DNA of 64,000 bases from Camelus dromedarius (GCF_036321535.1 NC_087447.1:41356001-41420000), one strand, 5' to 3'; shown: positions 37,289-51,094, numbered from the stretch's first letter. Numbers and translations are program-made. Notes: a model not told the origin generated them from the sequence alone.

Positions 37289-38936
37289 ACTTTAATTTTG
37301 TTCTTTTTTGAGCAAAGGGTCAGTTTTGGAAGCTCAGGGTGCTAGCTATTCTTTGCTCATTAATTTTTACAGTAGCCCCAAGCAAAATTAGTTATGTCAG
37401 GAGAAACTGAATATTATGAATTCTCTCCGGGTCATCCGAGCTGAGGGCCCATCCCACCTCGGCTGGTGAAATTATCTCCCTCTTTCTTCTGCACAGTCTC
37501 TGCTCCCTTTTTCAGTCTCTTATTTTTAATTTTCTTGCCCTCTGTGTGTTTTTATTGACACCTGGCCTCAAACCCTTTTAGGAAGCAGGCAGTTATAAAT
37601 CACCCAGAGAGAAATCAATAAAAACCAGTTCAATCCCCAGTAAGACTGATTTGCTCCCAGATAACCAGGATCCTGCAGGCTGAAGTTGTGCCTATGGGGG
37701 GATCTGCAAGGAGGGTGAAGGGTAAGGGGGGCATGGTGTTCTGAGAGAGGAGGTGGGCTGCCAGCTACCAGAAACTCAAGGAAGGGATGGACTTTGGCCT
37801 CCATCCATGTTTCTCATCTGGCCTCAGGGGAAAGCTCAGTGTTTCCATTTCATCCAGCCCAGATTTTTCCAAGCACATCAGTTGCATTTTCTTATCATCT
37901 AAGGATCTGCTTCAGAGCTAAAGAATCTTCTTTAAGCCTCAAGAAAGGGCAGTAGGAATGATTGCTGTGTTTGCTGGGGAGTGGGGAAGATGGCAAAATA
38001 TGTTGCTATAGTGCAGAGACATGGAAGAGGAAGGTAGTTCCATCATGCTGTCTGTTGTCAGGCCACTGCTTTTGGTCCCCTCCAGGAAATCAAAAGTCTG
38101 AACTTTATTGTATAGAAGCTGAAAGCTTGGCCCGGAGAAAGGCATGACTGGCCCCAGGTCACAGAGTGGTTTCATAACGAGGTCACAAAGAAATGGCCTC
38201 ACTGCTTTGAAAGCCTAAAGTTTTCATCCCAAAAGAAGCTATGCTCAGGAAATGCAAATTCATGGGTAGTCAGAACTGAAAAAAAAAAAAAAAAGTAAAA
38301 CTACAGAGAAAATATCAATCAGATCATTTATTAAAAATGAATACATCAAATTGCCCACTCTAAGGGGCAGCTGATCATTTGGACCAACCATTTATGCCCT
38401 CTTGGATAATGGGAATGAACTAACCTTTGAAAAGAGAATTTCCTAGAAGCGACTTCTCCCCTCCTCTCCATCCAGGAAAATATTGTAACTGCAAGGCCCA
38501 GGGTATTGGAGTTGGGTGGCAGGAGGCATTGAGACTGTCTGTGGTGCCCTGACAGTGGGGCCTCCCCTTCCCCAGAAAGGAGAATCAGGCTCAGAAGCAG
38601 GGCTGCAGGGAAAAACCCCAGATTCCACGAATGCCTGATTTTACTCCCCAGGTGGTCCTGGTTTCCTCAAATTGTGCATCTCTGGCCCTCTAGGAAGTCG
38701 CGTCCCCTCTCCTTTTAAGGGCTTTCAGGAGATGTATTTATTTAAACTGGGCTAAAGAATTACTTGATTTAGTTCAACATTTGTCAAACCCTAATTATAT
38801 ATCTAGTGCTAGGGATATGAAGATGAGAAAATCTGGGTTTTGAAGGTCGAATAGGAGTCTGCCATGAAGCCTATCGAGTTGCTGTCAGCCAAATGAGAAC
38901 AACCTGAAGATAAATAATTGTGAAACTGTGTTAGAG

Positions 38937-39157
38937 CAGAGTTGGCTAACTTTTTCTATAAAAAGCCAAATAGTAAATATTTTAGGCTTTGTGAGTCAGA
39001 TAGTGTCTGTTTCATCTACGGCCCTTGTAATATGAAAACAGCCATAGAGAATGTATAAATAAATGGTTGTGGCTGTGTTTCAATAAAACTTTCTTTACAA
39101 ATAGAGTCAGATTTGGGTCAGATTTGGTCCATAGGCCAAATCGTTTGCTGAACCCTG
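38937..39157. mobile_element. MER58A-like hAT-Charlie MITE
   Basis: cagagttggctaac...aaatagtaaatattttaggctttg...gtttgctgaaccctg with a perfect 8-bp TSD TGTTAGAG (38929-38936, 39158-39165). Confidence 0.92.
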
Positions 39158-39708
39158 TGTTAGAGGAATATTGTCATAATATGGAGATACTAATATTAAT
39201 AATGATAATAATAAAAGCTACCATCTGACTCTGTGCTAGCCCCAAATAAGGCACTGTACATACAATTTATATACATTTGCATCCTTATTTTTCACAACAA
39301 TTTGTGAAGACACTGAGATTCAAGAGCTGAGGTCACAGAGCTAGGAAGTGGCAAATATGAAGTAAAATCCAACCCTGTATGGCTCTACAGCATATGTTCC
39401 CAACTAAACAATTCAAAATTCTGATGGGAAATGAGCAGAGGGGTTAATCTGGTGAGGATCGTGTGGGGGATCCTAAAGGATGAGGTGTGTCTTCCATGGA
39501 GACAGATGCCAAATGTGGGCCCTCGAGGCAGAAATAGTAGCACAGAGGTTTGAAAGCACATGGAATATTCTGGAAACTGGGGCTGTGGGTGTGGTTGGAG
39601 TATGGATAGTACCATCTACTTTGATGGTAGAGGCCGGAGAAGAAACAGGAGAGGTGAGTAAGCTCAGAGTAGAAAGTCTGGCCGGTGAAACTGTACTTCC
39701 TTATGGAC

Positions 39709-39895
39709 CAGGGGTTCTCCAGCTCTGGTTTCCAGATATGCTGCATCAGACTCCTCTGAGGGACTTAGCCAACCAGATTACTGGGCCCCATTCCCAGATA
39801 TTTTGGTTCAGTAAGCTGAGATGGGTCTGGAAATATGCATTTTATCAAACACCTCAGGTGATTCTGGTAAGCATTCTCAGATTGGGGATCAGTGC
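39709..39895. mobile_element. MER5-like hAT MITE
   Basis: caggggttctc...gcatcaga...ctgggccccattcccaga...cctcaggtgattct. Confidence 0.7.
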
Positions 39896-40359
39896 ATGGA
39901 AAACCCCTGAAATGATTTTAATCAAAGGAGATATATAACCAAAGCTATGTTTTAGGAAGACCACTTCCACTTGGAAGATGGATTACTTCATTAGAGAACC
40001 AGCCTTCCCGGGGGGTCCATTTTCTGGTTACCACCCTCTTTCACCTAGAAGTGCAGATGAGAAATTTCCAGAAGCTCCAGCATTTCCAGAAGCTTCTTAA
40101 GAATGACTCAGCTTAAACCTTGGATTGAACTCTATACTGTTTACCAAACAGTTAACTGAAGAAGAGATATCATATGTATAACAAGCTGCAGTTTAACAGA
40201 CAGAACATAGGTGAATCTGATGTTGAAGATGCTTTCTCCGTGAGGACTCGGTGAATCCTTAGCCAGAAAAACCTCTCCTGGTCCTGTGTCTGTGTTTCTT
40301 TTGTGCCACCCCTGCTGCTGGGTTCTGTATTGCCCTAGAAGCCTCATCATGGTATGTGG

Positions 40360-40575
40360 AACAGAACCTGGGGCTTGGAGCCATACTACCCTGAACTCAA
40401 ACCCTATTTACTGTGCTTGGTAATTGTAATGTCTGGAGCTAATTATTTAGCCTTTCTGAGCTTCAGTTTTCTCATCTGTAAAATGGGAATGATAATGCCA
40501 TGCAGGGCTGTTGTAAGGACTGAATAAGATAAAGGATGTGAAAAGCCAGGTAGAGCACCTGGTGCAATGAATACG
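40360..40575 (+). mobile_element. MIR
   Basis: ctgagcttcagttttctcatctgtaaaatgggaatgataat...cagggctgttgtaagga. Confidence 0.85.
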
Positions 40576-41737
40576 GGTTCCCTTCTGCTGATGCCTCGGA
40601 ATTGTTTCCATGCACTCCCCATCTTTCCATAGTGGAAAGATGACAACTTCCCTGGAGAGAAACCCTCTATGGTCACTTCCTGTCTCATATCACTTAGCAG
40701 CCGCTGTTGCTCTTGCCTGTTCGAGAAGCAGGATGCTGAAATCCCTGTGCCTCAGGCCACCAGGGTTTGCTGTTGGGACAGCCATTCCCAAGCTCCTGCT
40801 TTCGCTCTCCCCACCCCCAGCCTCCCACACGTTTCACGTCACTGTTTACCATAGTCTGTTTTCAAGTTGTGCTAAAGACTCAACTCCTGCAGCTATTTGC
40901 ATAGATCTGGACCCTAGGGGAATTGCTCCATTTTATTTTAGCACATGGTTTCTTGTGGCCACAGCCTCTGTCCAGGGAGCATCTTTGGAGTTGACCAAAT
41001 TGCAAATGTGGTTCAATTCAGATTCCCTTGGTGAAAAAAAGACCCCAACCAAGATCTATAACTGCTTCTGTCCCCTCCACAGGCCTTGGTGGGCGAGGTG
41101 TGAGCTTCCTCCTTATCCTGCAAACTGGAGTCCTCACCCCAAACTGTGGGGCTGAGGTCCAGGGTAGAGGGTGGCCTCCCATTGCTAGGGTCTCGGGGGT
41201 TGCTCTCCTTGGGAGGAGTAGCAGTCAGATCCTGTCTGAATCTGAGCTGAGAAGTAGGTGGCGTGAGTTTCTGGTGGTCATTGCAGGAGTCAACGATATT
41301 TGAAAATCATTTGAAGGTTGAAGTTTGACTCAACAAACATGTTTTTATGGTCACTGTGCTGTCTTTTAGGCTGGAACATGCAGGCTGCTCAAATCTAGTA
41401 TTGCCTCTGGAGCCTGAGTTTAAATGAGTGTGTGCGTAGTACGGGGAAGGCAGGAGACACACTTCATGGGGGTAGGGGATTCAGAAATTTGGGCTGAGGG
41501 TTGTGGGAGGATGCCGAGCTCATCAATGGGGGCAGGGAAAGCAGAATGAGGAGCAGGTTCTGAGGAAAGGGCCATGGTGATAAGTTTAGTTAGAAAACAA
41601 CTTAGGGTAAGTGCATTTGCTACAGATCTGAGTTTTCCAGATCAAACTCTCATGTAGGCCACAGAGCAGTGAGGGGAGAGAAACCTTTGTTGCTGAGAAA
41701 GACCCTGTACAGCCAGCTTTACAAAGGCTAAGCAGCT

Positions 41738-42110
41738 TGTCCCAGTTGGAACTCTTTATTGCAGGAGCCAAAAAAGCCAACATAAGCCAGTTTAAGCAAA
41801 AAGAGGTATTCATTGGTTCTTGAAACATAAAAGGCCAGGGATATCAGGCATGGCTTGATCAGGGCCTTAGATGATAGTCTCAGAACCTAGTTTCTTTCCG
41901 GCTCTTTGCTGTGTTTTCTTTCACACTGATTCCATTCTTGGACAAGTTCTTCTTTACTGTCACAGCTAGGCTTCTGTTCCACCCTCTTATATTCAACGTC
42001 TGCACTTAAGAGTAAGAATCTTGTTCCCAGGATGCCCAGCAAAGTCTTACTGTGTCTTGTTGGCTCTAGTTGGTCACATGCTAACCCTTGAACCACTCGC
42101 TGTAATGGGG
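41738..42110. mobile_element. MLT1 LTR relic
   Basis: tgtcccagttggaactctt...caggcatggcttgatcagggcc...ggtcacatgctaacccttgaaccac. Confidence 0.65.
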
Positions 42111-42927
42111 GAAGTTGTCCACAGGCTACCTCCAGCCTTGGGGTTGCCAGGTAGACTCCTCACCACTGGTTATATGACTGCTCTCAGTAGGCACCTTGGA
42201 CCCTGAACTCGTGGGGCATAGAGTGGGGCACAGGCTGACAACTTAGCCTGACCCTGTGCTGTAGAGATGGGGAGCCTGAGTCCTAAGGGGTGGAGGAACT
42301 CATCCCCACAGAGGCTGCTGATGTCACAGTCTGCTCTCCACTCACCCAGAAGGCCCCTGTCACCAACCCGTTGTGGCCCTTTCTTTGGCCTCCCGAAGCA
42401 CACATCTGGCCTGACTCTGCCTTGCAGCCCGGCCCAGGTTATTGGGCTATTTCCACAGCTTCTGAGACCTGGGATTCCCAGAGTGGAGACAAACAGGGGG
42501 TGGGACTGGAGCTGGGCACTGCATCCCAGCAGGGAAGAGCTCTCTCTCTGTCTGCTTAGATGATGCAGCTGCTTCCTATGGCCCCTGGGGGATGCTGTGA
42601 GAAGGACTTTCAGTTCTGTGCCTCAGCTATGGTTGCCCTTGTTGGCCCTGAGGTAGGGCTGTGACCTGCAACAATCCAGATCCTACGTCTGGAAACCTCT
42701 CCCAAAACTCTTGTTCCATCTCTGCTGAGTCTAGAGAACAGGAAGGACTCTGCTCTTGAGAAAGAAGACCCCATTTTTGGACAGGAGACCCCGGGTTTAG
42801 TCCTGACTCTGTTTCCTGACTGTGTGACCCATAGCAAATCACTTTCCCCCTCTGAGACTCAGTTTCCTCATCTGCAAAATGGAGATGTAATACCTTCCTC
42901 ATGGAGCTGAGAGGGTTCAAAAGCTAA

Positions 42928-42983
<56 letters not shown>

Positions 42984-43015
42984 ATTCATACATACATACA
43001 TACATACATACATAC
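42928..43015. repeat. Compound tetranucleotide STR (TATC)14 ATT (CATA)7
   Basis: Directly visible, adjoining the MIR at about 42800-42920. Confidence 0.95.
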
Positions 43016-44019
43016 TGTGCTGTGTGTGTAGTAAGACCAGATGAAAAGCAAGATTTGATTCCTAGAGTCCTTGCTTTCAAAAGGACGACCCACCAGGCAC
43101 TGAGCTCTGGACCCATGCTAGCTATGTGCTCACAGCCGGGACACAGATGGAAGCTCTCTGCCCTCAGGCTTGGCAGATGCGGTTAATGTACAGGAAACCG
43201 ATGCATGGCAGATGGGGGCAGCTGCACGGTGCTATCTCAGACCAGAGAGCACGCAGCATCCGGGAGAGGTCAGGGAAGGCTTTGTGGGGAGGCAGCCTCA
43301 AAGGACACACTTGGAGCCCCTGTGCCCAGCACAGCACCTGACCTGACCCTGAGCAGGCACTCACAGGCGTTTCTTGAATGAATGAATGATTTAGGTGAGC
43401 ACCATACAGACCGTCTTTTCCTTCTGACTTTCCCAAGCCAGTTCCTACACCTGGACCCTGATGTCACTTGCCAGAGCAAAGCTGGGAGGGGAGAGGGGGA
43501 GGAAGGGTCGCAAAGGAATGGCAAACAGAGGTACATTGGGAATTAGACATTCTTTTTTTTTTTTTTTTTTTTTTGGTTTGGTTTTTGTTTGGAGACGGGG
43601 TGTTGCTGAGTCAAGGAAGAAATTTTATTTTTATTTGGAACACAGTTCCCAAAGTGATAGTGTGCTGATCCTGGCAGTTCCCTTTAACTTTCAGGACACC
43701 AAAGGAACTATCTCTTTTTCTTTCTTTTAATAATTTCATCATTTATTATACAAGTAAGTCAGGCTCCTTGTAGGAAAAAAAAGGAAAAATATAGATATTA
43801 ATATTTAAAAGATGTTAGATTAAGTTTATTCATAATTCCACTTGAAGATAACCACTTTTAGCCTTTGGGTTTTAGCCTTCTTGACTTGTCCCCAACCCCA
43901 TGGATAGGTAGAGTCATATATCTATCTACCTATATTTCACATTAAAAATATATACACAAAAATAAATACAATTTTTTTAAGCAGAAGGTTTTTTCCTTTT
44001 TTTAAAATGAAGGACATAC

Positions 44020-44153
44020 TCTTTTTTGGGGAGGGGGAAGGTAATTAGGTTTGTTTGTTTGTTTTTTTGTTTTTAATGGAGGTACCGGGAATTGAACCCA
44101 GGATCTCGGGCATGCTAAGCACACACTTTACCACTGAGCTATACGCTCCCCCC
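44020..44153 (-). mobile_element. tRNA-derived SINE (Vic-1-like)
   Basis: ggaggtaccgggaattgaacccaggatc...ttaccactgagctatacgctcccccc with tail gggggaaggtaattaggtttgttt; same family as 18455-18604. Confidence 0.85.
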
Positions 44154-45258
44154 AGGTATGATTTTTAAATGAAAGTAGAATTGTACCACCTGTTTTTTCT
44201 CCCAGTTAGTATATTGTGAACAAAAATGACATGTCTAAAAGTCAAACCTTTCTGCCTTTTAACCGCTTTGGATGGAAATGTTCTAAAATGGAACTTGTTC
44301 TCCAGTCTTTCCCAGGGAGCCAGCATGGGAGCTCTGCTTCATTCATGCTCACCGTGAACGTGCCAGCCGTCCAGCAGAGCTGAGTGCAGGGAATGGGAAA
44401 GGTGTCTAAGGAGACAGGCCCTGACAGAATGGCCCCAGGGTCTGTGCCGGGCTGAGTGCTTGTATTTGCTCTTTTAAGTGTGGCTGGCTGCTTCTTTCCT
44501 TGCAGTCAGTTTTCCCTTCTGGCTGCTTTTAATCTGCTGTGTGGGCTGGAAGACCAGAAAACAGAGCCCTTGAGAGCATGGAAGGGAAGGTGCCTAGGTT
44601 GTGAGTCAAGTCCTCTGTTGCATGAGGCACAGGTGACTTGTGTGGTCAATCTTCTCTTTCTCAGAGGTAAAGGAACGGTTCTTAAGTATTTACTATGTGC
44701 GGGATACTTTACACGCCTGTTTTATTTAAATCTCAAAGCAACACTTGAAGAGAAGTATCTTAACCCTGTTTTACAAATAACAGCCTGATCTCAGAGAAGT
44801 TCATTGCTTTGTGAAGGGTCACTGATCTTCAGCGCTTGATGGGACCTGGTTTGTGTCACTCCCGAATCCCTGTTGTTCTTACTGTGCCACGTCTCATGCT
44901 TGCTGCCTATCCTGGGCTGGGTCTGGTTGGATGATGTTGCCAGAGGCAGGGCCACTGGACTGGTGAGATACTTTTGCACGGATCAGGGCTTGGCCTCCCA
45001 CGGAGATCTGAGGCCAGGCAAAGAGCTGTCTCCCCAGGCAGCAACTCCAGGGTCTGGACAGCAAGGAGAGACCTGTAGAATCACAAGCCACTCAGAGAAC
45101 ACGTGGGACAGGGACTCAACAGTCTTTAGGGAAGGCCAGTCTCTGCTTAGCTCACTGGCCTTCTCAGTGCTTGTAGTTGGCACTACTTTTTGGACTTGAT
45201 TTGAGTCAGTTGAAGTAGCAGAAAAAGCCCTGGGGAACATTTTTCTCACGGTATAAAT

Positions 45259-45556
45259 CAGAGGTGGCAACGGGTAGCTGCAAACTGAATCTTGACCAGA
45301 GATATGTTTATTTGGCCTGCATGGTGTTTCTCTAACTTTTTGAATTCGATTTAGCATTTATCAATTGGAGGATTTCATATTTAAACATCTGGGACTTTGG
45401 CTTTTCTTGAAAAATTGGGAGATCTAGCCAATGAAGACTAGTATTTTTTCATGACTCCCAAATTGGGTAGTAACTGCCCCTGTGCTCTGTGGTCGGCCAC
45501 ACCCCATAATGAGTGTCACCTGCCTGGCCCGAAGGATTTGAATTTGCCATCTTTGC
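45259..45556. mobile_element. MER102-like hAT-Charlie relic
   Basis: cagaggtggcaa...cttttcttgaaaaattgggagatct...gaatttgccatctttg with imperfect TIRs. Confidence 0.6.
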
Positions 45557-45644
45557 ATGAATCCTTTTTTTTTTTTTCCACAGAAGCTGGTTGCCAGTTA
45601 AAAGCAAAGCCTTCTTCATCTGCTTATTAGTGATATGTTTTCAT

Positions 45645-46925
45645 TCATTAACTAATTCCACCAACATTTAGTGAGTGGCCGTTCTGTGTTTCACCCTGTA
45701 CTGGATGTGGTTCATAAAAATATGAATATTTATTAAAATAGTCATAAAATACAAATAAGGTATAGTCCCTGCTGTTGAGGTGCTCTAATTCTAGCTGAGT
45801 CGAGGTCTGTGCAAATTGCTCTGGGAGAACAGAGAAGCGTGGTAAAGTGAATAATCCTCCCCCGCTCCCCGCCAAGATGTCTCTGTCCTAATCCCTGGAA
45901 CCTATGAATATGTTACCTTAAATGGAAAAAGGACCTTTGCAGATCTGATTAGATTCAGGAGCCTTAGATTTGGAGATCATCCTGCATTATCTGCGTGGGT
46001 CCAGTGTAATCCTAAGGGTTTTTTATAAGAAGGAGACAGGACAAAGACAAGAAGGAAATGTGAGACTAGAAGTAGAGGTCAGAGAAGAGAAGAGATGCTA
46101 CACTTCTAGCTTTGAAGATGGAGAAAGGGCCACCAGCTCAGCCATGTAGGCTGCCTCTAGAACCTGGAAAAGCAAGAAGATGGAGTCTCCCCTCGACCCT
46201 GCAGAAAGAACACAGTCTTCTCATACTGATTGTAGCTCACTGAGACTGATTTTTGGACTTCTGACCCCCTGAACAGTAAGATAATAATCTATGTTGTTTT
46301 TAAGAGACCAAGTTAGTAGTAATTTGTCACAGCAGCCATAGGAAACTAATACAGGAAGGGAGTAATTTTTTTCTAGGGCTAAGAGAAGGAATGGGTTTAT
46401 GAAGGAGGAAGATTTGAACTGGATGAATAGGAGGTCATCAAAGCGGGGATGGAAGGCAGCTCAGGCATAAGGAGGGGGATTGTGCAAAAAGTGTAAAAAA
46501 GCAGGGCATGGTTGAAGGTTGGCTGTTGATCCATTGTGGTTGTAGCCCAAGGTGTATGAAGGCTGAGATAAGAGAGGGGGCCAGGGAGAGGGGCCAGAAT
46601 CGTGGCTTAGAACCGGTCTCAGGGGGAAAAGGAGTTCTTAAAGATTAGAAGAGAGGGAAGGACCATCCAATTTGTATTTTAGAGAGACTGCTCTGGCATC
46701 TTGTGGAGGGTGGTTGGAAGGGGCCAGAGCAGAGATGAGGAGACCAATGGAGCTGTTGCAGTGACTCAGGTCACACAGAGCCGCGGCGGGGATGGTGGCC
46801 ACGGGAAGGCGGGAAGTGATTCAGGACATCTGAACGAGGATTGACAGGACTCGCAGACTAACTGAATGTGGGAAGTGATGGAGGAGGCGGCGTCATGATG
46901 ACTGCTGGGTTTTTAGCTTGAATAC
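45645..46925 (-). mobile_element. LINE-2 relic split by MLT1D
   Basis: ttcattcatt...caacatttagtgag at the left; tttgtattttagagagactgctctggc...ctgggtttttagcttg at the right. Confidence 0.55.
45838..46353. mobile_element. MLT1D-like MaLR solo LTR
   Basis: gtcctaatccctggaacctatgaatatgttacctta...cagcagccataggaaactaataca with TSD AGAAG/GGAAG. It interrupts an L2 relic. Confidence 0.9.
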
Positions 46926-47055
46926 GTTTACCAGGCAGTTGCAGGATGGCAATCACATCGCCACAGCCCCATTGTCTGGGGTGATGTTCAAGTCGTCTGC
47001 ATTCCTTCTGCTCCCTGGCAGAGGCGAGGAGCAGGGAACCTGGGACTGACGGGCT

Positions 47056-47472
47056 CGGTGGTGTGCTGGTATATGTTTAACAGCCGGCAGTCTGGGGAAA
47101 AGAGACTTTGCTACATAACATTTGCTGATTCCTGTGGTATAAATCCTCCCATCATGACTAAGTTTAAGCTACTAACTCGACATCACTGAACACGGAGTTG
47201 GGAAGCGGTCCACAGTAGCACATCATTAGCTAGTGCTCCCTGCGTACAAATACGCTAGAAACAAATCATCTCAGGAGCAGAGAAAATAGTATAATATAGT
47301 AAAACAATTAGAACATGGTTATTGCAGGCATTCATTTCCTTTGTTTTTAATATAATTTAATTGTGATTTAATTTTTAGTAATGTCTCTGTTTAACAACAA
47401 ATTCACAAAATACTGGACAATTTTACGTTTGGCTCCTGTGAGCCCGTATGAGCAGGTACCAGAACACTACTG
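47056..47472. mobile_element. MER63-like hAT-Blackjack element
   Basis: TIRs CGGTGGTGTGCTGGT...ACCAGAACACTACTG and internal tttaagctactaac. Confidence 0.75.
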
Positions 47473-49557
47473 GAGAAGTTTCCACAAAGTACCACATGGA
47501 AGGGCCTAGAAAGCCACCTCCTTCCCCAGACAGGGTCAGTGGCTCCCTGAGGTCACACACCTGAGGAGGGCAGAGCCAGCTGCAGGACCTAGGAGGCAGC
47601 TCCGGGTCCTCCATTCCTCCCTGATGGCCCCTTGGTGCCCTGGTCAGCCTCGGGGACCTGGGCACACTGTGTGGTCCTTGACCCAGAACGATGACTCATG
47701 TCACCGGGGAGTGGGTGACTCAGGGAAGAGGCTGCTGGGCGGCCTGGAACAAAGGGAACCGGGCAAGACTGATTTCTCCTGGGAGCTAAGTGGGAGGCTC
47801 AGATACTTTTCTGCTGTTCCTGGTGCCTTTGAACTGCCTCCGATTAAGCAATTGCACATATTTCCAAGAAGAAAAAAATTTTTTCAAGTGGACTTAATTT
47901 TAAAAGAAAATTGGTAAAGTGAACAAGCTGGAAAGGAAAGCTGGGGAGATGTTCTGCTTGCTTCCTGTCATGGCTGGGGCTGGGACTGAGGGTGGGGGTT
48001 CAGGGCGGGGTGGTTGGAGGTCTGGCTTGACCATTTTTCAGGGGGTGTAGAACCAGGATCCCAGGCATTTCAGGGTTTCTCCAACCCTTCTGCTCTTCCA
48101 GAGTGCCATCTAAGATCCACGGGGCTTACCGAGTGCCAGAGAGTTGGGGTGAGGAGGGTACCCGTCACCTGACAAGATGTCCCTCGTGGTTCTGTCAGTC
48201 CTTGCTTAGTAGATAACCTCTGAATCCGCCCTCTCAGGCACCTTCAGTCTGGAAACTCTCTGCTACTAGGTGTGCCGAAATTACTGTGTTCTCCACCACG
48301 TGCCCCGCCACCTCGCCCCTGGGGGATGTGAGGAACCCTGTGAGGATGTCTGAAGGCCTCATCTGTCAAGTCATACCAAGTAGCCATTTCTTCTCTTTGG
48401 GGTCTTCTCCTCTGGGTTCTGTCTGGGAAGTGGGGCCCAAGGCCTCCCTGCTCTCAGAGTTAGGATCTTTCTCCACCTCCCCGGGGAAGCAAGGCACAGG
48501 CCCCTTCCTCAGGGGCTTGCCAGAGCCTACCCACACTGCTTTCACACCAGCTCTCCTGTCGCTCCCTCACCCCATGATCTCTTATTAGTCTTGGTTGGGG
48601 GGAGACTTACCCTTCTGTAGGATGTTTTCCCCCAAATCTTTTTTCTGTGCCTTCAGCCCTTGCCATTTCCCTTAGACTAGCAGTTGGCCACATATAAGGC
48701 AGAGATAGAATCCCTTTTCTCTACATCAGCTGCTACAACTGCCCCCCCCAACACATCTCCACCCCCTCCCCAGGCATTGAGCACAGAATGGCCTCGTGTT
48801 TGCCTGAGGGGAAGGGCAGTGTAGGGGCAGGAGATGTGTGGGAAGTGAGGAGTCTGTTACTATTGCAGACATGCCATCTATCTTGTGTGGCCCCCACCCC
48901 CTACCAGCTGAGCACTGTGCCCACTCACATGCCCCTTCTCTGGGGGCTAGCCCGGCCTCTCCTCCTGCATGTGGCCTGGCACCGGTCTCCGCAAAGGCTG
49001 GCTTCCTCTCTGGCCTAGAATGGGTTCAGAATCGGGAGGAAGGCATCCCCAGCCAGCAGAGCCTGTCAGAGAGCCTGAGGGCTGGAGAGCATGGCCAGAG
49101 GGTGCAGACCCCAGGGAGTGTTGGGAGTGCTCGGAGCTGGCCTTGCTGAGGCACCGCCAGGCTGCAGCTGTATGTATGCTCCCAGCGCCTGGGCCAGAAG
49201 GGTTGTGTTGGGGGTGGGAAGTCATGGAGGGAGTCCCTTCCAGTGCCTTGTCCTCCCCTCTCTGTTGCCCTCAAGGCCTCTTCCTCCCACCCTTCTATAC
49301 CCCACCCTGTTCTCCACTCCTCCTTTGGATCCAAGTCTGCTTTCAGGATGGAAACCTGGGGCTCCCACTGACATGCTGAGAGCTGGGCCCCTTTCAAGCC
49401 TTCATTCTCCCCTTTACCCAGTACAGCCCAGGCACCTGCTCAATGAAGTTCTCAAGCTAGGTTTCATCTTTCACTCACAGAATTAAAGCCTCTGTCCTTT
49501 GGGAGTCAGCACAGGGCTGGCAGAAAGGTTGGAGGCTTTGGAACCAGACAGACTCAG

Positions 49558-49642
49558 GACTGACCACAACACAGACCTAGGATGACCACAGCACAGGCCT
49601 GTGACTGACCACAGCACTAAGGAAGGATGCCTACAGCACAGA
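49558..49642. repeat. Degenerate ~22-bp tandem repeat (TGACCACAGCACAG core, about 4 copies)
   Basis: tgaccacaacacag / tgaccacagcacag / tgaccacagcact / tgcctacagcacag. Confidence 0.7.
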
Positions 49643-49944
49643 GCACCGCAGTGCTGTCCCCTCTCTAAACCCATTGCCACAGTCACTGACTGCCCACCAG
49701 CAGAGTGAATATCAGCAGCACCAGAGCGCATGGCCCTTGGTGGGTTTAGTTCCAATCATTTCTGATGGTCTTTTATCCATTTGTCAGTATGGAGAGAAGC
49801 CCTGGCCAAACCCTTATTTGTAAGAGACAAAGCCAGGAACTCTGCCACCCAGGATGAACACCAGACCCTCTGGGCCTTGGTTGGGTTTGGATGATGCCGT
49901 GACTCAGAGAACTCAGCTGCCTGATTCAGAGACTGGGAAAGGAA

Positions 49945-50130
49945 CTCATCGAGTGTATACTCTGGGCCGGCACCCTGTGTCTATTCCCTAATTTAATCCT
50001 TACAACAGTTTAAAAATGTAGGTATTGTTACCTCCATTTTACAGATGAGAAAACTGAGGTTAGGAAGAGACTAATGCAGCAAGAAAGATGCAGAGGGAGA
50101 GTTAGAACCCAGTCTGCCAAGGTCCAAAGC
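49945..50130 (-). mobile_element. MIR
   Basis: atttaatccttacaac...ccattttacagatgagaaaactgagg. Confidence 0.8.
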
Positions 50131-51094
50131 CCTCTCGCAGCGTCCCAAGGTTAGGAAGCAGGATGGGGCTACCAACTTGGGCTCACTTGTTGTGGGGCAG
50201 GACCCAGTTCTGCCATTGGCCAGGCCCAGGGCCCCACAGAGGCACCTCTCAGCATTTTGAGGTGATCTCTGATGTCCAAGGAGATTTTCCAAGTGTGTCC
50301 AGGGCTGCCTGGGGCAAACACAGGGAGTTGGGATATCTTCATTTGCCCAAGAGAGTGACCACTGGAGGAGGGAAGACGGGAGGTGGGAGGCGCTGCCAAG
50401 GGATGCCTGCTTGCACATCATGGACACATTGGCTTATTATTGACTAAAGCAAACCCTTCAAAATAAGAGACCAGAAGGTAGTGGGAGTTGGGGGGCAGGG
50501 GTCCTGGGACCTTCTCTGAATGCTCCTCACTCACAGGTGTGGCTTTGGTCAGTCCCTGCCCCAGTTTGGGCCTGCAGGCTGGAAACAGGGGTAGGACTGG
50601 ATATTCTCCAGTGGCCTCTCTGTCATCCTCTGAATTTGCCGAGGGACTGAGAGAGATGTATGTGCACTCACCCCAAACCATCCCCTCCATCGAATTCTTC
50701 ATCTAGAGATAGACCAGTGGTATTAATAGCAACCTAATCTCTTTCAAATACTTTGTGCTGCTAAAATGAAAGCAAAAATCCAAAACTGGAAGAACAAAAA
50801 AACTCCCTTCTGAGAATTCTGAGTCATTCCAGAAAGGTCAGTGGAGTCTGGGTTAACCCATTATTTCCCAGAAGGGCCTCTGGCTCTTCCAACACCCAAA
50901 GATTAACGGAGAGAAAATGAGAACCAGTCAGTTTGTAGGCTGTGCTCCTCGGACACTGTGGATTCAGAGAGGGGTTTCGTCTCCTCTGGACTGATTAAGA
51001 GGCTCTAGGAGAGGCATTCTTGGGGCCATTGTAAGAGGCCACTGCTTGCCAAGAATGCTGCCCATGAGCCAGTGAGCTTGGCCCTTCGAGGAGC

